IMG/VR virus record: IMGVR_UViG_3300009111_000004
Length of the DNA stretch: 64,000 bases
DNA from: an uncultured virus (IMG/VR IMGVR_UViG_3300009111_000004)
Lineage: Duplodnaviria; Heunggongvirae; Uroviricota; Caudoviricetes
Strand: one strand, 5' to 3'
Each line of letters starts with the position of its first letter. Within the stretch, counting starts at the first letter, position 1. Below, piece after piece: positions 19,473 to 28,891 of the stretch. Below the pieces are notes generated by a model. It worked only from the letters and a program-made list of their open reading frames with translations, was not told the DNA's origin and made no database searches. Made by a program: the position numbers and the translations under genes.

Positions 19473-21818
19473 ATGATTGAGGTTTATAATAGGTACGCCA
19501 ATGTGCGTAAAGAAGTAAGTCTAGCACCGGCTGCACATGGACTAGCTGGTCATGAGATTGAGCGACTTCACTCTAGAATGAGTGAATTTGCGCCTCAACT
19601 AGCTCAAATTGGACCGGCTAATCGTTTCCGTACTCTTTTTGATGAATCATTACCAGAAGGTGCATCTTGGACACCGACACGTTTAGCTCAATCATTCGGT
19701 ATGGGGGGTAATCCTGGTGGTGGACGTACGATGGTGACCCAACAAACGCCCTATCAACCAGAATTTGCTAGTCCTGACCGACAACAATATCCAGTTCACC
19801 GTATTTTAGCCAATCGTTATTGGCGTCTGTTTTTTAAATTAGATCCAGTGGTCGGGAATTGTATTGAATTATATTCTGATCTTCCATGGTCTAATTTCGA
19901 ATTAACTGGGGAGGGTGTTGAAGGTGATGTTAGGAACGCTTATGAGGATATGTGTCGTGAGAGTCAAGTACTCGCGATGCTTCCTTATTTCGTCCGCGAA
20001 TTTCTAGTAGTAGGTGAGTGCATACCGCATACCTTCTTTGATAATGAGCGCGGTATTTTTACATATATCGCAATGCATAATCCGGATCAATTAGAAGTGA
20101 TCGACGCGCCGTTCATTAAGATGGATCCAATACTTGAGTTTATCCCAGATGATCGGCTTCGCGCTGTACTTTCTGCTCATCAACCTTCACTACAAAAGAT
20201 TAGAGATCGGATTCCACCGGAGTTACTAAGTAGATTACAGAGTCGACAGAACATTCCTCTATCGCCGATTAACGCAACGTTTATTCCCCGTAAGTTGCAT
20301 CCGTATGATACCAGAGGAACTTCGATTCTTAGCCGTCTATGGCGAGTATTAATGTTAGAAGATGCTATTTTTAATGCGACAATTCAGACCGCTCGGCGTC
20401 ATGCGGCTCCTATTAAAGTTGCAAAATTAGGTAATGCTGCAACTGGGTGGATCCCTCCTCCCGAACAGGAAAAGCGTTTACTAGAACTACTTGCTCAGGC
20501 AGAACAAGATCCTAATGCTTGGTTAGTATATCACTATGGGATTCAGTTCGATACTGTCGGTACAACAGATCGCATTATGTCAGTTAACCGAGAGTGGGAC
20601 ATCATAGAGCGTATTAAATTAGTAGCACTCGGTATTAGTAAGTCCTTCCTACACGGTGAAGTAAGTTATGCATCTAGTGCCACTGGACTTCAGGTCTTCT
20701 TACAGAGGCTGAAGTCCATGCGCATGTTTTTTGAGCAAAAATGGCTCTATCCTAAGTTTTTTAGACCAATTGCTCAAATTAATGGATGGATTAAACCTAA
20801 GCCAAGTGAACTTGCTCATCGTTTCCGAATTAAACGTTCACAACGTGAATTACAAGAGGAAAATCGCTATATTGTACCTAGGATTGTCTGGGACAAAAGT
20901 CTTGATCCACAGATTAATACTTCATTAATTCAAGCCATGCAGGCGTTAGAAGCTTTAGGAGTGAAATTTTCTAAGACCTCTAAAATGGCCACTGTTGGAT
21001 ATTCTTATGAGGAAGAAAGTAAGAAGATTCATCGGGAGATAGAATTCGAAAAGACTTTCCTACCGAAGCCTCCTGAAGATATTCAAGAAGGTGAGGCACC
21101 CGGAGGTGCCCCAATGGTTGGCGGTGAACCACCTCTGCCTCCAGGCGGAGGACCAGATACTGCTCCTCAAGGTGGACCTGGCGGTGAGCCCCTTCCTCCA
21201 ACCGGTAGTCCGAGTAAGGCTCCTCCCGGAGCTGGTGGGAAAATTACTCCAGGTATTAATCCTCCCCCAGCGGCCTCTAAAATAGAGGCCGACAATGACC
21301 CTACTAAACAATCAACAACTAACTCATCTCAACCATCGTTAAAATCAAAGATTTGGACCGATGATAAATATGGTAATTGGACAGCAACTGAAGTAAATAA
21401 TCTTATTGATCTTATTAATACATGTGATACTGAAGATGCATTTTGGGCAAAATTAGGAACTGAACGTGAATTTAAACAAGCGGTGTTGTCTAATGATCGT
21501 GCGGCGGTGTGGTCATCAATCGATCGTTATTTAGAAGATGAAGGTTATCCAGATTCTGACATTAAGGAACTTCAGACAATTTTAGAAGCAGAAGGTATTA
21601 TTATTCCATCTGAGTCACTACAGACATTAGAGCGTATTGAGAACTCACTTTCTGATAATATTGAACAGTCAACAGATGATGAATTTATTGCAAAGGTTCA
21701 ACAGGCCATAGTTGCCCGAGGTCCTCTTGTTCCTATAAACGATACATTTCTTTCTGGTATAGAATCTACTACCCCCAGGAGCCATTTAGATGGTAATTTG
21801 ACTCCACACGAGTCATAA
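19473..21818 (+). CDS. Portal protein
   Basis: Lies between TerL and the protease; DPVVGNCIELYS, RGTSILSR and ALGISKSFLHGEVSYAS portal-like segments; Pro/Gly-rich C-terminal extension. Confidence 0.85.
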   Translation: MIEVYNRYANVRKEVSLAPAAHGLAGHEIERLHSRMSEFAPQLAQIGPANRFRTLFDESLPEGASWTPTRLAQSFGMGGNPGGGRTMVTQQTPYQPEFASPDRQQYPVHRILANRYWRLFFKLDPVVGNCIELYSDLPWSNFELTGEGVEGDVRNAYEDMCRESQVLAMLPYFVREFLVVGECIPHTFFDNERGIFTYIAMHNPDQLEVIDAPFIKMDPILEFIPDDRLRAVLSAHQPSLQKIRDRIPPELLSRLQSRQNIPLSPINATFIPRKLHPYDTRGTSILSRLWRVLMLEDAIFNATIQTARRHAAPIKVAKLGNAATGWIPPPEQEKRLLELLAQAEQDPNAWLVYHYGIQFDTVGTTDRIMSVNREWDIIERIKLVALGISKSFLHGEVSYASSATGLQVFLQRLKSMRMFFEQKWLYPKFFRPIAQINGWIKPKPSELAHRFRIKRSQRELQEENRYIVPRIVWDKSLDPQINTSLIQAMQALEALGVKFSKTSKMATVGYSYEEESKKIHREIEFEKTFLPKPPEDIQEGEAPGGAPMVGGEPPLPPGGGPDTAPQGGPGGEPLPPTGSPSKAPPGAGGKITPGINPPPAASKIEADNDPTKQSTTNSSQPSLKSKIWTDDKYGNWTATEVNNLIDLINTCDTEDAFWAKLGTEREFKQAVLSNDRAAVWSSIDRYLEDEGYPDSDIKELQTILEAEGIIIPSESLQTLERIENSLSDNIEQSTDDEFIAKVQQAIVARGPLVPINDTFLSGIESTTPRSHLDGNLTPHES

Positions 21819-21877
21819 ACAACAGTTATATACCTAACCAGATTTAACATTATACTATATTTCAATAGGGGAGTACC

Positions 21878-22015
21878 ATGGGGTTCTCAAAAAGCGGGGT
21901 AGCGCAGTCACTTGGATCGGTACAAGTTCCAATTGATCCACAGACACCTAAACCAGCTAATTCGAAGAATATTAAGGATAATTCTTCTCAGCCTAGTAAA
22001 ACTACAAATAAGTAG
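21878..22015 (+). CDS. 45-aa small protein missing from the ORF track (MGFSKSGVAQSLG...)
   Basis: AGGGGAG RBS; fills the portal-protease gap and stops 8 nt before the protease ATG. Confidence 0.6.
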   Translation: MGFSKSGVAQSLGSVQVPIDPQTPKPANSKNIKDNSSQPSKTTNK

Positions 22016-22023
22016 GATAATAT

Positions 22024-25000
22024 ATGTTTATTAAGAACGCTCGGGTACCTATTATTGCATTAGCTGAGGGGAGATTTAGCCCTAGTACCGATGGTTTATT
22101 ATTTAAGCGTCGTGCATCAGTTAAAACTGCTTCGTTTTACCAGGAGAATGCACAGCAATTAGACATTAAAACAGCGCTGGCCCTAACTGCTAGTGAGTAT
22201 GATATATCTAATGATCCAAAAGATTATATCTTTGAGGCTGTACGAGCAGTGACAGCTGAGATCCCAAACGAAAATGGAGATGGATTTCCTCGCAATGAAC
22301 TTCTACGATTTGACCATCGGTTAGGTAAAGCTGTATACCAGACTTTTATCGGAAAACCTCACCAGATTAATCATAGGGCTGACAATCCGAAGACTGCTCG
22401 TGGGGTAGTGCTCGATGCATCCTATAATGATTTATCACCTGCTATGGAGAATTGTCCTGCTTGCAATAATCGAACAGCTTCTCCAGAGGGTAGAGATTCG
22501 ATTGGTATTAACTGCATTAAATGTGGTACTACTGTAAAGGATGAGTTTGTAGAATTACTTTTAGCTATAGATACTCGTAAAGATCCAACATTTGCGGATG
22601 GTGTACGCACTGGAGCCCTTGATTCTCTGAGTATGGGTTGTGAAGCAGGATACACAGATTGTTCAATTTGTGATAATCGTGCTCGATCTGCAGCTCAATT
22701 TTGTGAACATATTCGTGGGGGCAACAAGAAGAAGAGCTTTAAGACCGCTTCTGGTCAGGAACGTATGGCTTTTGAGAAGTGTGGTGATGTAGTTTTTACT
22801 GAGATTTCTCGGGTTGACCAGCCCGCAGATCCCAAGGCCAAACAGCAAGAAGTACTAAAGATAGCTGGTCTACCATTAGCGGTTGAATCTGAAATGTTAA
22901 TTATGAACGCCCGCCTAGCTAAGTTAGAACAAATGAGTAAGATCGCACAGGTGGCTAAAGGTTATTATTATGGTCCAGCGGAAGAATTATATTGGAATGA
23001 TGGTAAAGATAATTGGTCAGAGTGGAGTGATCAGTCAAATAGTTGGTCACCAATAGATTTAGATGAGTCTGACACCGACTTATTTCCGGTTGGTAATGCT
23101 GGCGGTTTGCCTCGACCGCCGAGTTCACCTCCATTTATTGGACAAGCCCAAGCTCAACCAGGTGATCCTGAAGTAGTCCCACAGGTGCCATTTAAGAACA
23201 TTGCAGAATCTATTCGTTGGGCGGAATCTTCTATCCATAAATTAAAGGCTGAGATGCGTCGTCTTGCTTCTGAAAAGAACAATAAGCAACGTGAAGCTGC
23301 AGGATCTAGTCGTCCATTTTATGCTTGGGAGAGCGCCACCTATGATGCTCAAATTAAGGCAAATCGACAATTTGTCTCTCGTCTAGAGGATTATGTAACT
23401 AAAGCGCGTGAGATGCAGGCTGCTGGAACCCCCTGGGAGAAGGGATTGACTCGTCAAATGTCTCGATTTTTCGCTAGTAAAGAGGGTCAGGCTATTGATG
23501 AAGTTAGACAACAGACTGATCAGTTGGAGCAGTTGAAGGTGATGCATCCTGAAATGACTCAGCAGATTGATCAACTTTCTGGACAGAGTGATGTTCCTGA
23601 GCCTATGTCCATTGATGATTATACTAAGAAGCATGAAGAATCCTTTGATCAAAACATGACGCTAGGTGAGATGGGCATGAAACCAGATGATCAGTCTGGG
23701 TTAGCGTTACCGGTTAATGTCAGCGCCGGGAAGGCCATTGATGAGAAGATTGCGGCTGACTTTGACGCTTTAATAGATACTGTGAAGGAGAATAATGTGG
23801 GAGCAACCCAGGATTTTGCTGATTCTTATAAGCATCTAGAAGCAACAGTTACAGGTACTGGTAATGTGAAGGTGCACACTGCTGCCGGGACATTATTCGT
23901 AGTACGACCTACTAATCGCCCAACAACTAAGGAAGCGGCGGCGGAGGTTGCCCGCGAGGTATTAGCTAGTATTGCTTCTGATGGATTAGTAGGCGCTGTT
24001 GCTAAGTATGATGCGATCGTTGGCCCTAAGGCTGCACAGGTCTTAGAACATCATTTAGAAGATTTCGCTGGTGGTCGAGAAAAGGGTGATACTAAAGGTA
24101 TGCCAGAAGGTGGATTAGTTGACCATCAAGATGATCGTTCTAAACCAGAGAAGTCGATGGTTGGTGAGGAATACACCGATCGTAAGGATGAGACACGGGA
24201 ACATCGGGATCAGTCTAATTCTGATGTACTAGAGAAGCACCAGCCTGATCATAAGGAATCGCTACCAAGCGGTTTGATTCCTATGACTGAGAAGGAGTAT
24301 TCAGATATGGCTGACGGGCACGGTAGGCCGTCCAAGACTACTTTAAAGCATACCATGGTTGATTTTAAAGATAAGCAACCAAAGAGCGCTCGTGCACCTA
24401 TTAGTCGCTTAGCTCAGTCAACTAGTCCAACTTTACTATCATTTAAGGCAAATGATCAATTTGCTATTTATGAGTTTAGTGATGGTACTAAGTTATTTGA
24501 AGATAGTGTTGGTGGTGGTGCGGTATTAGTTAAGTCAGACGGTACTCGTGAAGAATTATATGGTGTAACCGATAGCCTATATGATACTGTGATAGTAAAT
24601 ACTAAAATTCAAAAACAGCCAATAACACCAGCGGATGAGCAAGAATTAGATACGGTATTTGGGTTTGATGATAAGCAACCAAAGGGGGCAAGTAAGAGAG
24701 CTCAGGCGTTGCAGGTTGTAGACTTCTCGGTGAATGATGACTACGATAGTGTGGTAACATTCAGTGATGGTACAACCTGCAAGGGTAATGAAGAAGGTGG
24801 TCGTTGGATGGAATTTGATGGCCCACTTGGTCATCAGGAGTATAATGCTAGAACTGGTACAACCTTAGATGGTAAACCTGGGCAATACAATCAACATTAC
24901 AAAATGATTATGAAGTCATATGAAACACATGGTGGTCCTGGTTACTTACCTGGAATTAAGCAACCAAAGGGCGCAAATAAGAGAGCACAGGTAGCTAATG

Positions 25001-26133
25001 GCGGTAAATATTTAATTGATTCTGATGGTGAAGTATATATAATTAGTAACGGTAAATATTGGATCTGGGATGAGGCACATGTCAGTTGGATGGGTCCATA
25101 TCTGGATGATCATAGTAAGGATTGGGAGTCAATGCAAAGTACGGACCAGTTCCCTGAAGATCCAGTCGATATTGATCATCGACGGTCAGGTCCGCCGTCA
25201 GATCCAGATGGATTTAGTAATAAGATCTCAATGGATGTATGCGCTAATGAAATGTGTTCAATGCACTCTAGCAAGAAGGGAGCTGGCGATGACTGTAGCT
25301 GTGCTCCTAATTGTGGTTGTCAGTGTGGTTGTAAGTGTGCGGGTTCCCATAAGGCTCAAGGGGTACCCAACGCTCCAGCAGTTCCAGGTCAGCAGCCTTC
25401 CATCCAGCAGCCTTCCATCCAGCAACCAGGTATGGTGGCCCCACTAACCCAGCCAATGGCCCCACTAACCCAGCCAATGGCACCAACGGCTAATAAACAG
25501 GCTAGATTAGACGATAGCGCTAAGAAGTATATGTCTAGAGTAGAGCGTTTATATAAAAATCGTTTGGCACAGTCTGAAGCAACTGCTAAGGATCAGTATG
25601 TGAAGGCGCGGTCAGTGGCCGTTAAGGATGTTACGGCACGTATTCTCCGTGCCCTACATTTAGTAGCGAAGCGCCAACAACTTAATTTAGAAGAGTCTGC
25701 CATTAAGAGCGCCATGTTTGATGTACTCACTAGGCAGGCAGATCTTGATGCTGACACCTTTTATCCTGGTATGGACGAGAGTACTGCTGCTCATATTGTT
25801 GAGGCTACTTCTAATGAAGGTCTAGGTAAGTTTGTTGATTCGTTACTAAAGCGTGCTTCTGAGTTTATGGATATGAATGAGGACGCACTTACTGCCTTAG
25901 AAAATGACATCAAGCATCTGCGCCCTATGGCGGTAAACGTGCAGGCCAGTGCTGTTCGGGTGGCCTCACGTCAAGATATCCGCAAGCAGGCGGCGAATGG
26001 TAATCTAGTAATCGCTCCTACTGCGACTGAGTCATCTATTTCTAGAAATGGAAGTAGAGATACCATTAGGTCAGCTTTAGGTTCTACAAAGGTATCTAGA
26101 ACTTCTAAATTTGTTAGTAGTAATAAGGGCTAA
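22024..26133 (+). CDS. Prohead (capsid maturation) protease fused to inserted modules and a C-terminal scaffold-like coiled coil
   Basis: NENGDGF, YQTFIGKP..NH, SMGC, CSICDN...CEH and FTEISRVDQPADPKA are typical of large-myovirus maturation proteases; upstream of capsid genes. Confidence 0.85.
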   Translation: MFIKNARVPIIALAEGRFSPSTDGLLFKRRASVKTASFYQENAQQLDIKTALALTASEYDISNDPKDYIFEAVRAVTAEIPNENGDGFPRNELLRFDHRLGKAVYQTFIGKPHQINHRADNPKTARGVVLDASYNDLSPAMENCPACNNRTASPEGRDSIGINCIKCGTTVKDEFVELLLAIDTRKDPTFADGVRTGALDSLSMGCEAGYTDCSICDNRARSAAQFCEHIRGGNKKKSFKTASGQERMAFEKCGDVVFTEISRVDQPADPKAKQQEVLKIAGLPLAVESEMLIMNARLAKLEQMSKIAQVAKGYYYGPAEELYWNDGKDNWSEWSDQSNSWSPIDLDESDTDLFPVGNAGGLPRPPSSPPFIGQAQAQPGDPEVVPQVPFKNIAESIRWAESSIHKLKAEMRRLASEKNNKQREAAGSSRPFYAWESATYDAQIKANRQFVSRLEDYVTKAREMQAAGTPWEKGLTRQMSRFFASKEGQAIDEVRQQTDQLEQLKVMHPEMTQQIDQLSGQSDVPEPMSIDDYTKKHEESFDQNMTLGEMGMKPDDQSGLALPVNVSAGKAIDEKIAADFDALIDTVKENNVGATQDFADSYKHLEATVTGTGNVKVHTAAGTLFVVRPTNRPTTKEAAAEVAREVLASIASDGLVGAVAKYDAIVGPKAAQVLEHHLEDFAGGREKGDTKGMPEGGLVDHQDDRSKPEKSMVGEEYTDRKDETREHRDQSNSDVLEKHQPDHKESLPSGLIPMTEKEYSDMADGHGRPSKTTLKHTMVDFKDKQPKSARAPISRLAQSTSPTLLSFKANDQFAIYEFSDGTKLFEDSVGGGAVLVKSDGTREELYGVTDSLYDTVIVNTKIQKQPITPADEQELDTVFGFDDKQPKGASKRAQALQVVDFSVNDDYDSVVTFSDGTTCKGNEEGGRWMEFDGPLGHQEYNARTGTTLDGKPGQYNQHYKMIMKSYETHGGPGYLPGIKQPKGANKRAQVANGGKYLIDSDGEVYIISNGKYWIWDEAHVSWMGPYLDDHSKDWESMQSTDQFPEDPVDIDHRRSGPPSDPDGFSNKISMDVCANEMCSMHSSKKGAGDDCSCAPNCGCQCGCKCAGSHKAQGVPNAPAVPGQQPSIQQPSIQQPGMVAPLTQPMAPLTQPMAPTANKQARLDDSAKKYMSRVERLYKNRLAQSEATAKDQYVKARSVAVKDVTARILRALHLVAKRQQLNLEESAIKSAMFDVLTRQADLDADTFYPGMDESTAAHIVEATSNEGLGKFVDSLLKRASEFMDMNEDALTALENDIKHLRPMAVNVQASAVRVASRQDIRKQAANGNLVIAPTATESSISRNGSRDTIRSALGSTKVSRTSKFVSSNKG

Positions 26134-26151
26134 TTGGCCTAGGAGAACACG

Positions 26152-26934
26152 ATGGGTTCTGTCGGACTTGGAAATAACGCCAACCTTGGCGCTTTCAACA
26201 ATCGAATCTTTCCAGAGGGCCTAGATCTGGGACGTTGCCAGATTAAAGAAGCCCTGGGTGTCTATGTGGCTGACCCGGCTAATACTTTCCGGGCTGGTAT
26301 GATCGTGATGCAGAATGCCTCAGGATTAATAGTTCCATCCGATGGCGTTAATGTGTTAGGTGTGGCAAAATGGAATCATACTACTAGTATGTATGCGGCT
26401 GTGGTTGATGAGCCGGTTGTACTTAATGGTACTACAGCATCCAATTTAAAGCATGCTCTAGTTTCAAACGTACGTGTATCCTCAGCGATTGCTGGTGGTG
26501 GCACCACATATACAGTAACTACGGATTACACTGTAAATGCGACTAATGGTACTGTTACTCGTGTTGGCGGTGGTGCCATTTCTGATGGTCAGACTGTATA
26601 TGTATCATATACTTTTCAGATTCCAGAAGCCGATCTATTACAGCTTCAGGGTAAGAATTTCTGGAATACGACCGATGAGGTATCTCAGGCAGATAGTCGT
26701 GTTACCGTAATTACTGACGCAGAATTACTTTTCACCACCCAGTATGATACTTCTAAGGTCTATTCTATAACCGGCGCTACTAGTAATCTATACGCTTCTA
26801 CGGCACAACCTGGGTTGTTTACTACTGACACTGCTGGTTCAGCTAAATATGTTGGCCGTGTATTTCAAGTACCCACCGCCGCTGACCCATTTCTCGGTCT
26901 ACGATTCGTAAAGACCCCGCTTATTGGGACCTAA
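26152..26934 (+). CDS. Head decoration / minor capsid protein
   Basis: Beta-rich, lies between protease and MCP, AGGAG RBS. Confidence 0.65.
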   Translation: MGSVGLGNNANLGAFNNRIFPEGLDLGRCQIKEALGVYVADPANTFRAGMIVMQNASGLIVPSDGVNVLGVAKWNHTTSMYAAVVDEPVVLNGTTASNLKHALVSNVRVSSAIAGGGTTYTVTTDYTVNATNGTVTRVGGGAISDGQTVYVSYTFQIPEADLLQLQGKNFWNTTDEVSQADSRVTVITDAELLFTTQYDTSKVYSITGATSNLYASTAQPGLFTTDTAGSAKYVGRVFQVPTAADPFLGLRFVKTPLIGT

Positions 26935-26961
26935 TTAGTTTAGTATAAATTGGAGATAACA

Positions 26962-28251
26962 ATGGCAAGTGCTATTCAGAATCCTTACCGTCAATTAAAG
27001 GGAGCACCAATCCAGAAGGAAGCTTCTACTCAAGTAGTGGCTCCTTCTGCTACTGAAGTTAGAACTGCTCTCCCTAAGGCGCAGCCACGGGGTGTGGCAC
27101 GTCAGGCTACGTCAGCCACTCATAATGAAGAACTACATGACAGTAGCGGAGCTTTCAATCCACGTCCATTTGGTGGCTACTCAGACTCTAATGGATCTCG
27201 TGATGGAATTAGAGCAGCGGTAGGAGCACCTAAGGGTCGTATGTTCGATGATAAGGGCGAACTCAACGCTTATGATCGGCGTGATGCTCTTCAACAGATC
27301 GCATATCTATTGAACAATGTTACTAAGAAGACTGCTGGTTCAGGTTCAATCTATCGTGAATCATCGACTATCCCAGCTGAAGAGCGACGCAAGGTTTTAG
27401 CAGCTGCGATGCGTGATCCTACTGGTGAAGGATTTGCAATTGTAGGGCAAGAATTACTTCTTCCTATTAAGGATATTATTGATTACGAGGGCTGGGCGCG
27501 TAAGATTTATCGTGTTCGACCGTTAGCGCAGGGCGAATTGTTCCGTATTGCTAAGGATGTTCGTTCTACGGCATGGGTAGTTGGCCAGGATGGTCAAAGT
27601 ATTGAATCTCGTCTTTTCGGTAAGTATATTACACCGAGCGAGTTCAAGATCACTTCTTTCCCCACTGTTGACATCGAAGATATCTATCAGATGAATTTCG
27701 ATGTATTGGATCGTGCACAAGACACTGCTCGTCAGGAGATTGAATTAGAGGAAGATAAACGTGGTCTGACTCTAATTGATAGGGCTTCTACTACAGTTAA
27801 TGCGACGACAATCTTTAGTACATTAGGTGTTGCTGCTTTTGAAGATATTCGTTACCAGGTAGAACGTCACCGTTTAGTGGTTGAGAAATTCTTAATTAAC
27901 CGCCGAGAGCTGTCTGATCTTATTAAGACTGCGGTTGGTCTGGGTGCATCCAGTCAGCATGTAGATCCAGTAACTGAGCGTGAGCTAATTCTAGCTGGCT
28001 ATGTGGGCAACGTACTAAATGCCCAGATTATCACTGCTGCAGGTACAGGTGTTGAGGAAGTGGTTCCAGCCGGTACGGTATACGCTGTGACTGGTAGTGA
28101 GTACATGGGAGAAATGGGAGTCCGTGTTGAATTGTTCTCTGAGCCATTTAATAAATTTGGTCTGCGCGAGACTGTAAAAGGTTGGGCTTTCTGCGAAATG
28201 ATTGGATTCGCCATTCCTAATAGTCGAGCGGTAGCGAAGGGCACTAAGTAG
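26962..28251 (+). CDS. Major capsid protein with N-terminal propeptide
   Basis: GGAG RBS before ATG 26962; LLPIKDIIDYEGWARK, DVLDRAQDTARQEIELEED and GWAFCEMIGFAIPN are HK97-type capsid segments; synteny. Confidence 0.9.
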   Translation: MASAIQNPYRQLKGAPIQKEASTQVVAPSATEVRTALPKAQPRGVARQATSATHNEELHDSSGAFNPRPFGGYSDSNGSRDGIRAAVGAPKGRMFDDKGELNAYDRRDALQQIAYLLNNVTKKTAGSGSIYRESSTIPAEERRKVLAAAMRDPTGEGFAIVGQELLLPIKDIIDYEGWARKIYRVRPLAQGELFRIAKDVRSTAWVVGQDGQSIESRLFGKYITPSEFKITSFPTVDIEDIYQMNFDVLDRAQDTARQEIELEEDKRGLTLIDRASTTVNATTIFSTLGVAAFEDIRYQVERHRLVVEKFLINRRELSDLIKTAVGLGASSQHVDPVTERELILAGYVGNVLNAQIITAAGTGVEEVVPAGTVYAVTGSEYMGEMGVRVELFSEPFNKFGLRETVKGWAFCEMIGFAIPNSRAVAKGTK

Positions 28252-28287
28252 TATTTAATAATTATTACTCTTTAGATTAGATATGCA

Positions 28288-28321
28288 TTGGCCCCGAGAG
28301 ATCATGATCTCTCGGGGCCAA
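28288..28321. terminator. 34-bp perfect palindrome; probable bidirectional terminator after the MCP gene
   Basis: ttggccccgagagatca|tgatctctcggggccaa between convergent genes. Confidence 0.75.
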
Positions 28322-28339
28322 GGTGTGTTTATATTTAAG

Positions 28340-28543
28340 TCATTTGATGCCGCTGGATCTAATGGGCTTAAGAGGTTTAGGGCGAATCTGATCCCTGATC
28401 TTTCTATAGCAGCTAGGACACAAATCGTGGTCGGCATCGGACTTGTATTTGTGGTGATGGCGAAACCGAGATACTTTTTTATCACACAATGAACACAGTC
28501 TTTTCTGACTATTAGTCCATTTTGGCAAACGGGCCGGGCGCAT
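28340..28543 (-). CDS. Small basic Zn-finger protein
   Basis: CSLC...CPSC; a sigma54 motif directly upstream predicts a near-leaderless mRNA. Confidence 0.6.
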   Translation of the reverse strand: MRPARLPKWTNSQKRLCSLCDKKVSRFRHHHKYKSDADHDLCPSCYRKIRDQIRPKPLKPIRSSGIK

Positions 28544-28555
28544 GTCCGCTCAAGT

Positions 28556-28571
28556 TGCAAGCGCCGGGCCG
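28556..28571 (-). promoter_or_regulatory. sigma54-type promoter
   Basis: Minus strand CGGCCCG-GCGC-TTGCA; predicted +1 about 28545, 2 nt before ATG 28543. Confidence 0.65.
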
Positions 28572-28585
28572 CCGCTGGAGGCTAG

Positions 28586-28891
28586 ATGAAGTTTCATATT
28601 AGAACAATTATAGATAAATTTAAGATTTGGTGGTATCAAATCATAAAGTCGTCTGGTATGTCATTTGCAGACAGCAATTATTTACCTATACCGACTGCTA
28701 ACATAGATTCAATTTTAGTTAAAGATTTGGTACAAGCTGATTTTGATCAGCGAATAAGTGTTGGGTTAGAAAAATATGGCACTTATTTGCAGGTTAACGA
28801 TGGGCGCGATCCTCTAATTGATCTATATCAGGAGTTATGGGATTCAATCATCTATCTAAGGAAGGAGCTATATCATCGATATGGTAAGTGA
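28586..28891 (+). CDS. MazG-like / nucleotide pyrophosphohydrolase-like protein
   Basis: R..VGLEKYGT.L...GRD.LIDLYQELWD pattern; adjacent to dCMP deaminase. Confidence 0.5.
   Translation: MKFHIRTIIDKFKIWWYQIIKSSGMSFADSNYLPIPTANIDSILVKDLVQADFDQRISVGLEKYGTYLQVNDGRDPLIDLYQELWDSIIYLRKELYHRYGK

Noticed and set aside
15261..26133. Inteins or introns in terminase, portal or protease
   Set aside because: No recognisable Hint-type C...HN boundaries or LAGLIDADG motifs and no frame breaks; the insertions are bounded by K/R-x-A-Q instead
28255..28560. ORFs 28255-28560 (-) and 28283-28492 (+)
   Set aside because: Both run through the terminator palindrome; the Zn-finger ORF 28340-28543 fits the promoter better
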